Below, piece by piece: positions 1 through 9,845 of a DNA stretch of 32,000 nucleotides. A program made the translations under genes and the position numbers. The notes under the pieces are model-generated. The model was not told where the DNA came from. It was given only the letters and a program-made list of their open reading frames with translations, and searched no databases. Positions within the stretch are counted from its first letter, which is position 1, and every line of letters starts with the position of its first letter. The stretch is from Candidatus Poribacteria bacterium. Lineage in GTDB: Bacteria > Poribacteria > WGA-4E > UBA9662. The stretch lies in the NCBI GenBank assembly GCA_002709695.1, contig PAQF01000086.1, positions 38,516 to 70,515 of the forward strand, read 5' to 3'.

Positions 1-163
1 ACAAAAATCAAGGTCAGGTGTTCCAGTTGCAACAATTTCCACTCCCACACGCTACATTCATAGTAGCGTTGAAACTATAAACAAATCAGACCTAAAAGGT
101 TCAGTTGATTTGATGACCGCCTTCATTGAAGAAGGCCATCAAGCCGATCTTGATTTGGTTTAG
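1..163 (+). CDS. 3' end of an M42-family (FrvX/PepA/TET-like) aminopeptidase gene, truncated by the window edge
   Basis: The frame beginning at nt 2 is open to TAG at 161-163. The translation ...GVPVATISTPTRYIHSSVETINKSDLKGSVDLMTAFIEEG... resembles the conserved C-terminal 'IP.RY.HS..E...D' block of M42 peptidases. Only 53 codons are visible. Confidence 0.5.
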   Translation, partial: QKSRSGVPVATISTPTRYIHSSVETINKSDLKGSVDLMTAFIEEGHQADLDLV

Positions 164-177
164 GGGCTGGAGTCTCT

Positions 178-822
178 ATGAGAGCATGCGCGGTTTTCGA
201 TCTCGATGGTACAATCATCGATAATTCATCAGAGAACGTTTTTTTTAGGGAAATGTTCGAGCGAGGAATGCTGCCATTTGGTAACCTTGTGAGTTGGGTG
301 ACGTATCTTATCAAAACTACTAATCTTCGCCGTACGAAAGCAAACAAAGTTTATCTTCGTGGACTCGATTTTCAGGACGTTTATAAAATTGCGAAGTTTT
401 GTGTTGACGAATATTTGATAGATCATATATCTCCAAGGTTTTTTGATTTGATGAAGTGGCATCGTGATAACGAACGTATGGTTTTTATTTTGTCTGGATC
501 GCTCAAAATCCTAGTTAGTGTTTTGGGTGAAAGACTTGAAGTAGATCAAGCTATGGGCAATACTTTAGAAATTAAAGATGGAAAAATCTGTGGACAGTTG
601 ACAGGTGCGAATCTGTACGCGGAAAATAAAGCGATTGCTGTCAAGCAATTAGTTCAAAAATACAACTTAGACCTTAATAGATCTTATGCTTATGGAAATC
701 ACCATTCCGATCATTATAAATTACAACTTTTTGGAAATCCGGTTGCTGTAAATCCTGATAGAGGTTTGAGACAAATATCACTTGCTAATAATTGGCAAAT
801 TGAGATGTTTCATGGGAATTAG
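178..822 (+). CDS. HAD-superfamily hydrolase, subfamily IB (SerB-like phosphatase family)
   Basis: 214-aa ORF with HAD motif I 'FDLDGTIID', motif II 'ILSGS' and a C-terminal 'YGNHHSD' acidic motif. GGAG lies 7 nt upstream of the ATG. Confidence 0.85.
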   Translation: MRACAVFDLDGTIIDNSSENVFFREMFERGMLPFGNLVSWVTYLIKTTNLRRTKANKVYLRGLDFQDVYKIAKFCVDEYLIDHISPRFFDLMKWHRDNERMVFILSGSLKILVSVLGERLEVDQAMGNTLEIKDGKICGQLTGANLYAENKAIAVKQLVQKYNLDLNRSYAYGNHHSDHYKLQLFGNPVAVNPDRGLRQISLANNWQIEMFHGN

Positions 823-1549
823 GCTGGAAAAATTTCTTGCCGAACGAGGAATTTGCTCCCGCCGACTTGCCAAACAGTATGTTGTTGATGGTCGAGTTAA
901 AATCAATGGGAAACAAGTTTTTATTCCTGGCAGGCACGTTGATCAAGACAAGGACCTCATACAATTTGATGGACGTGTAGTTTGTGAGAAGCCCATCCCA
1001 ATTTATCTGATGTTGAACAAACCAGAAGGTTACATCACCAGTGTTTTGGATCAATATAATCGTCCTACAGTAATGGACCTAATTGATATAGGGCAGGAGA
1101 GAGTTTATCCTGTAGGACGACTGGACTTAAATACTGAAGGGTTATTAATCCTAACAAATGATGGTAACTTTTCACATAAAATCTTGCACCCAAGCAATAA
1201 GATTAAGAAGACCTATCTGGTTTGGGTGGATGGGAGCCCTTCCCCCAAATCCGTTCAATATCTCCGTGATGGAATCCGAATTTTGAGTGGAAAAACAGCA
1301 CCTGCAGTCGTTCACAGAATTGGTCGATATAGAGGGAATACTCACTTTAAATTGATCCTCTCTGAAGGGAAAAAACGTCAAATTCGCCGGATGTTTGAGG
1401 CAATTGGACACAAAGTTTTCTACCTTAAACGTGTGCGGATTGGGAACTTGTCTTTAGGTAATCTGCCGATTGGAAAATATCGTTACCTAAAGCAAAAGGA
1501 AGTTGCATCTTTTGAAAAACAACCGGGGTTAGTTTGCGAGAATGTATAA
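812..1549 (+). CDS. rRNA pseudouridine synthase, RsuA/RluB family (S4 domain plus PseudoU_synth_2 domain)
   Basis: S4 RNA-binding N-terminus 'RLEKFLAERGICSRRLAKQYVVDGRVKINGK', catalytic-Asp motif 'VGRLDLNTEGLLILTNDG' and 'GKKRQIRRMFEAIG'. I start at the internal ATG at 812 (MGIRLEKF...) rather than the track start at 782. This overlaps the HAD gene by 11 nt. Confidence 0.9.
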   Translation: MGIRLEKFLAERGICSRRLAKQYVVDGRVKINGKQVFIPGRHVDQDKDLIQFDGRVVCEKPIPIYLMLNKPEGYITSVLDQYNRPTVMDLIDIGQERVYPVGRLDLNTEGLLILTNDGNFSHKILHPSNKIKKTYLVWVDGSPSPKSVQYLRDGIRILSGKTAPAVVHRIGRYRGNTHFKLILSEGKKRQIRRMFEAIGHKVFYLKRVRIGNLSLGNLPIGKYRYLKQKEVASFEKQPGLVCENV

Positions 1550-2936
1550 GCTCTTGGCTGTCGTATCGATTTGTGTTCTTTTAAGTCCCGCACTTTTTGC
1601 TCAGGAAATTATTGACCACCCACTTGAGCCTAAGTACGAAAAAGCAAGAAAAATATATGTGGATTTGGCTTGGGCAACCTACTTGCGTGCTTCTAAGAGG
1701 TTGCCAGAAGCTAGAGATATATATCAACGTATGCTCCATCTTCACAAATCTTCTGCGTTTACTCACTCACAGCTTGCTAATGTCAGTTTGGCCATTCGTG
1801 ATATCCGAACTGCTGATCAGGAATCTCGTCGGGCAATTGAGATTAGTCCTGAAAACCCACTGCCACACTTTATACTAGCGCAAGTGATGTTTAAACGTAC
1901 GGTAAACTCGCGACAGAAAAATTGGAAGCCAGTCATTGAAAAATTGAAGGAAGTAACACGATTAGATCCCGATCATGTTGATGCTTATCAGTATCTGGGT
2001 GAAATTTCTTCTGTTCAGCAAGACCCTGAGCTTGGGAAACAAGCGTTTAAGCAACTGACGCGTCTCATGCCATATCAGCCTGTTTTTTTCTTGAGACTTG
2101 GGAATGCATACGAAGATCTTGGTTCTAGTGATGAAGCTATCAGTTCATATGAACGTGCGGTTAAAATTGACGAGACAATGTGGCAGGGATATGAGTCGCT
2201 TGGTCGGCTTTATACTGCGTCCTATGAACTTGCTGAAAACGATGTATACAATACTAATGACCCTCCGACTGAATTGATCAATTCAGCCGTAGATAAAATT
2301 ACTAATGCTATATTGGCCTATAAAAAAATGCGCCGATATGCACCTAATATTCCTAAGCAGTTTGATAAAATGCTTGGAATTTTTCGGGCGCGACTTGGGA
2401 GTCTTTACTTGACTGTGGATCAGCCCAAACAAGCGATTGAGACTCTCGAGGGAATTTTCACCGAAGATCCTAAGCATGCGGATGCAAATTATCTACTCGG
2501 TTTATCTTATCAAGAAATAGAGGATTTTGAAAAAGCAGAGTTCCATCTTCGAAATGCGATTCGTGTTTCACCCGAGAGATCCGAACCTTATAATGCACTT
2601 GGTTATCTTTTGGCTGAACTTGGTACGGATTTGGAATATGCTGTTGACATCATACAAATTGCTCTTAGGAAGGAACCAGAAAATGGAGCCTATTTGGATA
2701 GTCTGGGTTGGACATACTTCAAGATGGGTAAAAATGAACTTGCACGAGTTGAGTTAGAGAAAGCAGTTAAGTTCGAATCCACGAGTTGGGAAATTCAAGA
2801 TCATTTAGGCGATGTCTATCTCAAAATTGGTATGAGAAGCCGTGCAATCGATGCGTGGCGAAAGGCTACAATACTCAATCCAGAAAATGAAGAGATTCGA
2901 CAGAAGATTGAAAGACATCATCAAAAAAATAAGTAG
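1542..2936 (+). CDS. Secreted TPR-repeat protein
   Basis: 464-aa ORF. The N-terminal signal peptide MYKLLAVVSICVLLSPALFA|QE is followed by multiple 34-aa TPR-like units (e.g. 'AYQYLGEISSVQQDPELGKQAFKQLTRLMP', 'ANYLLGLSYQEIEDFEKAEFHLRNAIRVSP', 'PYNALGYLLAE'). The start overlaps the upstream stop (ATGTATAA). Confidence 0.85.
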   Translation: MYKLLAVVSICVLLSPALFAQEIIDHPLEPKYEKARKIYVDLAWATYLRASKRLPEARDIYQRMLHLHKSSAFTHSQLANVSLAIRDIRTADQESRRAIEISPENPLPHFILAQVMFKRTVNSRQKNWKPVIEKLKEVTRLDPDHVDAYQYLGEISSVQQDPELGKQAFKQLTRLMPYQPVFFLRLGNAYEDLGSSDEAISSYERAVKIDETMWQGYESLGRLYTASYELAENDVYNTNDPPTELINSAVDKITNAILAYKKMRRYAPNIPKQFDKMLGIFRARLGSLYLTVDQPKQAIETLEGIFTEDPKHADANYLLGLSYQEIEDFEKAEFHLRNAIRVSPERSEPYNALGYLLAELGTDLEYAVDIIQIALRKEPENGAYLDSLGWTYFKMGKNELARVELEKAVKFESTSWEIQDHLGDVYLKIGMRSRAIDAWRKATILNPENEEIRQKIERHHQKNK

Positions 2937-3003
2937 GTATTGGTACAGCAACTCTTTAGAGCTGACTCCAAAACGAAGTTTCAAGATACTTGTGTTTCTG
3001 GTC

Positions 3004-4662
3004 ATGTCTTCCACGCATTTATTCTCATTTCACGCCATTGCGTTAATCTGTGGAACTCCAGATCTCTGTGACTACGATCCTCGGCCTTTACCAAAAGTTG
3101 GTGTGCCATTATCGCCTGTCCAGAAACGCGCACTCAAAATTGGAGACCAAGTCTCTTTTTATGGGATTGATTTCCGTAATTATAATCAGTACCGAACTAA
3201 AGCAACGTTGCGGTCTGTCGGCAACTTTTGCTACATTTTCGTCGAGGATTCGCAATGGAAACTGACTGTCACAGCTTTAGCTGTGAGAAATCTTATCCGC
3301 GTTTTTGAACAACGAACATTATCCGATAGAAATCGAGGTATTTATCAGATAGAGACCCAAGCGTTCGGTCAACCTCCCAATGTTGATAATGATGACCGAA
3401 TCTATATTTTGTTACTTGACATTCCGGATCGTTTCCGTGTCCAAGGTGAATTTATCGGTGGATATTTCAATCCCATTGATCAAACACGTGGTCGATTGAT
3501 TCACCCAAAGTTGGGCAAAGCGATGTGGAGTAATGAACGAGACATGATCTACATTGATACCAACCCCCTTAGTGTTGGTACCAATGCGGGTTTTGGCACT
3601 GTCGCTCACGAATTCCAACACCTTATCCATTGGAAACATGACCAGAACGAAGAGATCTGGGTTAACGAAGGTATTTCGGAATATGCTATGTTGCTGTGTG
3701 GTTACCCTTCGATTGAACATCTTAAGGCATTTGGACAGAACCCTAATACTTCATTAACCAATTGGCCTGTAGAAGGTGCAAACCAATTACCGAGTTATGG
3801 AGCGACATATCTATGGATGCTTTATCTTGATGAACATTACGGTGGAACAAGCTTTATTTCGTCGTTAGTCAAGAACCGTTTAGCAGGTATTAGTGGGATT
3901 AATCAAGTATTGCAGTCGCACGGCTTCAGTCAGAGTTTCTCATCAGTGTTCAGCGATTGGAAAGTCGCAAATTACTTAGATGATGTTACTTTTGAGCAAG
4001 GAAGATTTGGATACCGAAAGGTTAATATACAAGCCAGAATTCACCGTAAACATCGATATTATCCAATAGATGTAACTGGAGATCAATTGGAAGGCTATGC
4101 TACTTACTATTTGGAATTTTCAAACTTTCGTATGGGTCAACAAATCTCCTTCGATTTTGCAAGTGGAGGTAGGATTCCGTTTGATATTAGAGCCGTTGAG
4201 TTTTTAAAAGGAAAGCCGATAAATATAAGTAATTTACATGTGTCAAACAATGGGAAAGTAACCCGAATTTTGCCATTGTCTGATAAAATGGTTGATACTA
4301 TTGTTATTATACCAAGTCTCGAAGAATTACCAAATGTGCTCGGAAAATCAGTGTCATCATACGATTATCGTGCCGAGATTGGCCGAGAGGTAGTTCTTCA
4401 AACGTTTGTGTTGCAAAACCCAGTTCATGGTAGATATTGGGAGGTTCTGCTGATCTTGAGTAAACAAGCTCTTCCGGAGACGCCTCAAATTTCCGTTTTA
4501 ACCGATCAAAAGTTGCTCGTTTCGAAAATCCCCATGCAACAGATTCAAGATAATTATGTTTACCAACTGTATTTGCCACCCAAAGTAGATTCCAATTCCA
4601 TTATTTGGCGGATTTATTATCTTGACAAACAAATCAGTACAGGTAACCTTAATTCTCAGTAA
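3004..4662 (+). CDS. Putative zinc metallopeptidase (MA-clan gluzincin, M30/M1-like HExxH...NEG)
   Basis: The long ORF contains 'GTVAHEFQHLIHWKHDQNEEIWVNEGISEYA', i.e. HExxH followed 15 residues later by the 'NEG' glutamate typical of gluzincins. The start is uncertain. ATG 3004 is the first ATG downstream of the TPR stop. GTG 2842, ATG 2851, ATG 2887 and GTG 2992 are in-frame alternatives, and none has a clear SD. Confidence 0.7.
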   Translation: MSSTHLFSFHAIALICGTPDLCDYDPRPLPKVGVPLSPVQKRALKIGDQVSFYGIDFRNYNQYRTKATLRSVGNFCYIFVEDSQWKLTVTALAVRNLIRVFEQRTLSDRNRGIYQIETQAFGQPPNVDNDDRIYILLLDIPDRFRVQGEFIGGYFNPIDQTRGRLIHPKLGKAMWSNERDMIYIDTNPLSVGTNAGFGTVAHEFQHLIHWKHDQNEEIWVNEGISEYAMLLCGYPSIEHLKAFGQNPNTSLTNWPVEGANQLPSYGATYLWMLYLDEHYGGTSFISSLVKNRLAGISGINQVLQSHGFSQSFSSVFSDWKVANYLDDVTFEQGRFGYRKVNIQARIHRKHRYYPIDVTGDQLEGYATYYLEFSNFRMGQQISFDFASGGRIPFDIRAVEFLKGKPINISNLHVSNNGKVTRILPLSDKMVDTIVIIPSLEELPNVLGKSVSSYDYRAEIGREVVLQTFVLQNPVHGRYWEVLLILSKQALPETPQISVLTDQKLLVSKIPMQQIQDNYVYQLYLPPKVDSNSIIWRIYYLDKQISTGNLNSQ

Positions 4663-4682
4663 TATAGTATAAGGAGAGAAAA

Positions 4683-5648
4683 ATGAAACAACCAGTTATT
4701 TACATAGGGACAATTGGGCAAAGTGTTTGGCGAAGTACAGATTTGGGTGATTCATGGAAACGTGCCAGCGGCGGTCTATTTCCGGAAGCTGATATACGAG
4801 CCATTGCTGTAGATCCAAGTGACCCTTCTGTTGTTTTTGCTGGTACAGAAAATGGGCTATATCGCACTGCAGATGGCGCAGAAACTTGGCAACTTGTTGG
4901 TTCGGAAATGAACGATTTGCAAATATGGGATATAGAAATTAGTGAAAAGAATCCAAATACCATTTTTGTGGGTACTTGTCCATCGGATTTGTTCAAATCT
5001 ACTGACGGGGGTAAAACTTGGATACGCCTTGATGTTGAACTTGCTGATGAATGTGCGGGTGGAGCAATAATTCCGCGAGTAACATCAATTGCCATTGATC
5101 CGGAAGATGACCAAATTGTTTATGCAGGTATCGAGATTGATGGTTTTCGCCGTAGTATAGACGGTGGAAAAAACTGGGAAACAATTAATGAAGGGCTAAG
5201 TAGTCTTGATATTCATGGTATTTCTGTAGTTCCTGGTCAACCTAAAAAAATCATAGTAGCTACCAATAATGATGTTTGTCGCATGGATGATCTGAAGTCT
5301 TGGACGCCGTTGGCCGTGAAAGATTATCTCCCATGGTCGTATGCGCGGTCGGTATTCTATTGTCCAAATGGAGAGAACCGTGTTTACCTTGGAGCTGGGA
5401 ATGGTCCTCCTGGTGATGAAGGAGGAGTTTTCTACTCTATCGATGCAGGAGATTCGTGGGAAAAAGCTGATTTGGGTATAGTCTCAAACAGTACGATTTG
5501 GAATTTCGCCTATAATGGCAATATTGACGATTTGATTATGGCTTATAGTGTGAGTGGTCAAATTTTTCGCAGCATGGATCATGGCAATTCGTGGCAGAAA
5601 CTCACACGTGAGTTTGGCGAAGTGAGGGCGCTGGCAATAGCCTCTTAA
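4683..5648 (+). CDS. BNR/Asp-box repeat beta-propeller protein (sialidase-like / Ycf48-like fold), no signal peptide
   Basis: Six SxDxGxxW Asp-boxes: STDLGDSW, TADGAETW, STDGGKTW, SIDGGKNW, SIDAGDSW, SMDHGNSW. AAGGAG lies 6-7 nt upstream of the ATG. Confidence 0.85.
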   Translation: MKQPVIYIGTIGQSVWRSTDLGDSWKRASGGLFPEADIRAIAVDPSDPSVVFAGTENGLYRTADGAETWQLVGSEMNDLQIWDIEISEKNPNTIFVGTCPSDLFKSTDGGKTWIRLDVELADECAGGAIIPRVTSIAIDPEDDQIVYAGIEIDGFRRSIDGGKNWETINEGLSSLDIHGISVVPGQPKKIIVATNNDVCRMDDLKSWTPLAVKDYLPWSYARSVFYCPNGENRVYLGAGNGPPGDEGGVFYSIDAGDSWEKADLGIVSNSTIWNFAYNGNIDDLIMAYSVSGQIFRSMDHGNSWQKLTREFGEVRALAIAS

Positions 5649-5654
5649 TTTTTG

Positions 5655-6857
5655 ATGAAGATTCTTTTCCTCTCAATCACAGTACCGTTTCCAGCTACGG
5701 ATGGTGGGCGGATTCGCGTGTTGAATTTGCTCACCCAGATTTCAAAAACCGATCAAATCACCTTTCTGGGGCTTGAGACGGCACCAACTGATCGAGAAGG
5801 AATAGCTTACCTTGAGAGTTTAGGTATAGTTTGCCATCTCGTGGCGAACCATGCGTCGCCACCAAAAATATCTGTGGGGACTGTTACTAAGTCTCTTATC
5901 CAAAAAAAACCTATTACAGTCGCGCGTTATGATATTTTGTCCTACAGACGGACACTAGATCGACTTGTTCAGCTACAAAACTTTGATCTAATTCATTACG
6001 AAATGTTTCATACTGCTCAATTCTTGGCTGGAGGAGATTTACCTAAAGTTCTTTCTACACAGAACATTGATTCTTACATTTGGGCTCGACTTAGCGAGAG
6101 GGTAAAAAATCCGGTAAGAAAGATCGTTTACCGATCGCAGAAGCGGGCCTTTAGAAGATATGAGGAATTGATTAGTCCAAAGTTCTCTCTTACAACCTGT
6201 GTTTCTGAAACCGATCGGAATTGGCTAAAAAAATCTTGTCCTAGTTTACGAATTGATGTTATTCCAAACGGAGTGGATCTCGATCTATATAAATCTAACC
6301 ATGATGAAATAATACCAGACACGATTATTTACACTGGTAGTATGGACTGGTTTCCGAATGAAGACGCTGTCATTTATTGTGTTAATGAGATATTGCCTGT
6401 TATTCGTTTGAAATGTCCTAATGTTAGATTCTTGATTGTGGGGCAACATCCTACAGAGAATGTGTGGCAACTATCGAATTTGCCCAACATTGAGGTTACA
6501 GGCCGTGTCGAAGATGTGAAACCTTATATAGCCAAATCTGCGGTTTATATTGTACCGCTTCGAATTGGTGGTGGTACACGTCTGAAAATACTTGAAGCAC
6601 TAGCGATGGAAAAAGCTGTTGTCTCAACTTCGATTGGGGCAGAAGGGCTGGAGCTTATTAATAACAAAGAAGTCATCATCGAAAATGAGCCAGTGAGGTT
6701 TGCGGCAAGAGTAGTTGAATTGCTTGAAAATCCCGATAGATGTCGAGAGTTAGGTATGACAGGACGAAGCAGGGTTCAATCTGACTATGGATGGGAGGCA
6801 ATCGGAGAAAAGTTAAGATCTGTATATACTTCACTTGTGGAAAAATCGAAAAAATAA
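5655..6857 (+). CDS. Glycosyltransferase family 4 (GT-B fold)
   Basis: About 400 aa. N-terminus '[21 protein letters not shown]'. The C-terminal domain has '[29 protein letters not shown]...', typical of the GT4/GT1 EX7E region. TTG 5652 is an alternative start one codon upstream. Confidence 0.85.
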   Translation: MKILFLSITVPFPATDGGRIRVLNLLTQISKTDQITFLGLETAPTDREGIAYLESLGIVCHLVANHASPPKISVGTVTKSLIQKKPITVARYDILSYRRTLDRLVQLQNFDLIHYEMFHTAQFLAGGDLPKVLSTQNIDSYIWARLSERVKNPVRKIVYRSQKRAFRRYEELISPKFSLTTCVSETDRNWLKKSCPSLRIDVIPNGVDLDLYKSNHDEIIPDTIIYTGSMDWFPNEDAVIYCVNEILPVIRLKCPNVRFLIVGQHPTENVWQLSNLPNIEVTGRVEDVKPYIAKSAVYIVPLRIGGGTRLKILEALAMEKAVVSTSIGAEGLELINNKEVIIENEPVRFAARVVELLENPDRCRELGMTGRSRVQSDYGWEAIGEKLRSVYTSLVEKSKK

Positions 6858-6877
6858 GATTTAGGAGACAGAAAATT

Positions 6878-7405
6878 ATGTCGAATCAAAGTATACAAGG
6901 TGCCCAAAAACATCGTCAGATAGCAGCTGAGCAAGAAGAATCTGTTGACGTTGCTATCGTAACAGTCAGTGACACACGAACACCTGAGGATGATATTAAT
7001 GGTATTTATTTGCGTGAAGAATTAACGACAGAAGGTCATTCAATTACAGCCTATGATATTGTAAAAGATGAACCAGATCAGATTGAGATTACACTTGAAA
7101 AACTTGTTGGAAGTAAAGCAAGAATAATCATTTTTAATGGCGGGACGGGTATTACACCTCGCGATCGGACTTTCGATGTGCTCGATCGGAAACTAGAGAA
7201 ACGCCTGACTGGTTTCGGGGAATTATTTCGCATGTTGAGTTACGAGCAGGTAGGTGCTGCTGCTATGTTATCGCGTGCAACTGCTGGAGTTTATCAAGGA
7301 AAGTTAATTGTGTCAATCCCTGGGTCCCCAAAGGCAGTTGAACTCGCATGGGAGAAGCTGATCAAGCCAGAACTTAAACATCTAGCTTGGGAAGTCATTA
7401 GATAA
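6878..7405 (+). CDS. moaB: Molybdenum cofactor biosynthesis protein B (MoaB/MogA family)
   Basis: '[13 protein letters not shown]', '[13 protein letters not shown]', '[26 protein letters not shown]' and 'IPGSPKAV' match the MoaB family. I use ATG 6878, which is preceded by AGGAGA at 6863-6868, rather than the track start 6791 that overlaps the GT4 gene. Confidence 0.85.
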   Translation: MSNQSIQGAQKHRQIAAEQEESVDVAIVTVSDTRTPEDDINGIYLREELTTEGHSITAYDIVKDEPDQIEITLEKLVGSKARIIIFNGGTGITPRDRTFDVLDRKLEKRLTGFGELFRMLSYEQVGAAAMLSRATAGVYQGKLIVSIPGSPKAVELAWEKLIKPELKHLAWEVIR

Positions 7406-7432
7406 ATCCTAGGTAGCACTTGAATGTCAAGT

Positions 7433-8563
7433 TTATTGAACTAAATTTTGGTAAACTTCTAGGGTGCGTTGTGCAATGGTTTCCCAAGAAAATTCTTTAA
7501 CTCGCTCTAAACCGAGTTGAATTAGACTCGATCGCAAGATCGAGTCTTGAGCTATCATCTGGATTTGGTCGGCTAACAACTCTGCTTTTCCTTCAGGGAA
7601 GGTGAGGCCCGCATTATCGATGACATTGGGAATTTCTCCGGAATCTGAACCAATAACGGGAACTTGACATGCCATTGCCTCCACCAATACTCGCCCGAAA
7701 AATTCGACCCAATCGGGGGTTGTTCGTGATGGTAAAACCAAGGTATCCATACAATTTATATATTTGGGAACATCTTCAGGAGACACGCCATCTATCCACA
7801 CAATTTTCTCGGATATAACGAGTTGGTCCGCTAGCTTTTCCAGGTGAGGTTTGTATTCACCGCGCCCAACCAACAAAATTTTACAGTTCATGTTCAATCG
7901 GGCTATAGCTTCAAGCAACGTGTCTAATCCCTTCATTCTGAGAAGACGCCCAACATATCCAATCACGAAGGTTTGATCAAGCCCCAACTCGAGTTGCAGT
8001 TCTTCCACCTTTATTTTGTTGAACATACGTAAATCAACACCGTTTGGAAAGACGGTTACTTCTTTGGTGTAACCACGACGTCTTAAAATATTGACCCCAT
8101 TTTTACTTAGTGGGAATGCCATGTCTGTATCATTAAAGACCTTTTTCTCTATCCACCTAGGGAGAAAACCGAATCTTTGTTTGATGTCTACGCTAAGGGA
8201 TGTACGGAATATGAATCGACTCTGAGGACAATATTTGTTTTTTAAACGGATTGTTTGGAGCGCGTTCAAGCTCCAAGCTTCTTCCTCGAGATGAATTATA
8301 TTAGGTTGGAATTCACGGAAATGTGAGGTGATGTTGTCACGATAGAAAAACCGGCTTCCGTAACCGGAGAAGCGAATTGGGTAGGCGAATTCTTCACAAC
8401 ACGTTTCTGGGTCTGGTTCGAAGGCGATTTCCTGAAAGCTCTCGAACCACCGATTGGGGCATATGACCCGGACATTAACACTATTATTTTCAGCAATTAG
8501 CGAAAATTTCCTTCGATATGGCTTCATTATGTAGGAGTGGGATATGACTAACACTCGCAACAT
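7433..8563 (-). CDS. Glycosyltransferase family 4 (GT-B fold)
   Basis: 376 aa. 'MLRVLVISHSY' N-terminus, 'IGYVGRLLRMKGLDTLLEA', and 'PSRTTPDWVEFFGRVLVEAMACQVPVIGSDSGEIPNVI', typical of the GT4 C-terminal domain. It is the last gene of a tightly packed minus-strand cluster. Confidence 0.85.
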   Translation of the reverse strand: MLRVLVISHSYIMKPYRRKFSLIAENNSVNVRVICPNRWFESFQEIAFEPDPETCCEEFAYPIRFSGYGSRFFYRDNITSHFREFQPNIIHLEEEAWSLNALQTIRLKNKYCPQSRFIFRTSLSVDIKQRFGFLPRWIEKKVFNDTDMAFPLSKNGVNILRRRGYTKEVTVFPNGVDLRMFNKIKVEELQLELGLDQTFVIGYVGRLLRMKGLDTLLEAIARLNMNCKILLVGRGEYKPHLEKLADQLVISEKIVWIDGVSPEDVPKYINCMDTLVLPSRTTPDWVEFFGRVLVEAMACQVPVIGSDSGEIPNVIDNAGLTFPEGKAELLADQIQMIAQDSILRSSLIQLGLERVKEFSWETIAQRTLEVYQNLVQ

Positions 8564-8571
8564 TTGAATTC

Positions 8572-8952
8572 TTAGCTTTCATCTTCTTCTTGGAGTTTAA
8601 GAAAGCTTTGCTGATCTGATGGAGTGTCTTCGCTATTGACTCCATCAAGCAATTCCATAATTCCTTCAAGCCGAGATCGAAGTTCCTTCTTGTCGCGTTC
8701 TTCTTCTTCCTGTGTTTCAGTCTGTTTCACTTTTAATTGATATAATTCGGTTTCTGTGTTCTTTAATGATTCATTTTGTGCTTCAATCTCCTGGATCCTC
8801 AAGTCTCTTTGGCCAATTTCGTCTCGAAGCCGGCTGACCTCCTCCTCTAATGAGGTTTTATCCTGTCGTAAACGATGAATCAAGTTAATTGATTGTTCAA
8901 TCCGATCTTCTAAAAGACCTAACATGTCATTTTCTTCTTGTACTTCAAGCAT
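8572..8952 (-). CDS. Small acidic coiled-coil protein, ZapB/DUF904-like (function uncertain)
   Basis: 126 aa with heptad-rich sequence 'LLEDRIEQSINLIHRLRQDKTSLEEEVSRLRDEIGQRDLRIQEIEAQNESLK'. This is reminiscent of the ZapB N-terminal pattern, recognised by eye only. A strong SD (AAGGAGG) lies 8 nt upstream of the ATG. Confidence 0.65.
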   Translation of the reverse strand: MLEVQEENDMLGLLEDRIEQSINLIHRLRQDKTSLEEEVSRLRDEIGQRDLRIQEIEAQNESLKNTETELYQLKVKQTETQEEEERDKKELRSRLEGIMELLDGVNSEDTPSDQQSFLKLQEEDES

Positions 8953-8975
8953 TTGTCATTCCTCCTTTATATTTA

Positions 8976-9836
8976 TTAATCTAACAACTCTTTGAATCCA
9001 ATTGTTCGAGCATAATGAAATAGGTATTGTTGAGCATATCCGATGTGTTCTCCAAAGTAGTCATGGAAGAATTCAAGAATTTGACGTTTTGATGCTTTTC
9101 GTTTTAGATAAAGTCTTTCGGCAATTTTTCTAACCCAAACGTCGATTGGTAAGGCTTCTCCATGTCCTAACGAAAAGAGGGATATACAAGCAGCAACTTT
9201 ATCGCCTATACCTTTAAGAGACATCAATTCCTGTTTTGCTACTGAGTAAGACTGGTTCTTAAGCCAATCTAGATCAAGTTCTTTTTCGACGACTGCAATA
9301 GATGCATTAAATAAATAGGAGGCACGATAACCAAGTCCACACTGAGCAAGTTGATCGACAGAGCTTTGTGTTATCATCTCTGGCGTTGGAAATGTGTAGT
9401 CAACATGGCCATTCAATGAGACGGAATTTCCAAACGTTTCTGATATTTTGCGAATCATCTGCTTTATTCGTGGAATGTTACTGTTCTGTGAAAGAATAAA
9501 TGAACTCAGACATTCCCATAGGTCTTGATTCATTATACGCATACCTCGGCATGCTTCAATTGAGGTTTCCATATAATGATCTTTATTAATCAAATCAAAA
9601 ATTCTTGGTAAATCACGCCCGAGGTCGAAATAATACCACAACGATTGTTGCAATTTAATGGGATCTGATTCATCGGAACTTTCAACGAAAAGCGACTCTC
9701 CTTTTTGGCAGATTCTCAGAAAACTAGTGCCCACGACACCATAGAACCAGCCGTTATCTTCGTGCCAACGAAACGCCTGTCCGCAATTTAACGTATGGTA
9801 TAGGTTGAAATCGCTAATTGGTCTAATTTCAATCAA
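8976..9836 (-). CDS. ogg: 8-oxoguanine DNA glycosylase/AP lyase, OGG1 family (OGG_N plus HhH-GPD)
   Basis: OGG_N signature 'YHTLNCGQAFRW'. HhH-GPD region 'LKGIGDKVAACISLFSLG' contains the catalytic Lys, and 'LPIDVWVRKIAERLY' contains the Asp. These match the hOGG1 'GVGTKVADCICL...VPVDVHMWHIA' pattern. Confidence 0.85.
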   Translation of the reverse strand: MIEIRPISDFNLYHTLNCGQAFRWHEDNGWFYGVVGTSFLRICQKGESLFVESSDESDPIKLQQSLWYYFDLGRDLPRIFDLINKDHYMETSIEACRGMRIMNQDLWECLSSFILSQNSNIPRIKQMIRKISETFGNSVSLNGHVDYTFPTPEMITQSSVDQLAQCGLGYRASYLFNASIAVVEKELDLDWLKNQSYSVAKQELMSLKGIGDKVAACISLFSLGHGEALPIDVWVRKIAERLYLKRKASKRQILEFFHDYFGEHIGYAQQYLFHYARTIGFKELLD

Positions 9837-9845
9837 ACTTACTAT

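Noticed and set aside
2771-2780. GTTCGAATCC, a tRNA T-loop-like string.
   Set aside because: The flanking bases cannot form a T-arm stem or acceptor stem. It also sits in-frame inside the well-supported TPR CDS.
2842-3003. The track's upstream extension of the metallopeptidase ORF (GTG 2842), which overlaps the TPR gene by 95 nt.
   Set aside because: The overlap is long and there is no SD. I kept ATG 3004 as the conservative start and flagged the ambiguity in the feature and finding.
4700-5095. A 131-aa minus-strand ORF.
   Set aside because: It is entirely antisense to the Asp-box propeller gene. It has no motifs and no SD, so it is a shadow ORF.
7418-7432. A small hairpin, ACTTGA-atg-TCAAGT, between the convergent moaB and GT4 genes, considered as a bidirectional terminator.
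   Set aside because: It has only 6 AT-rich base pairs and a 3-nt loop, with no proper T-run on either strand. That is too weak to call.
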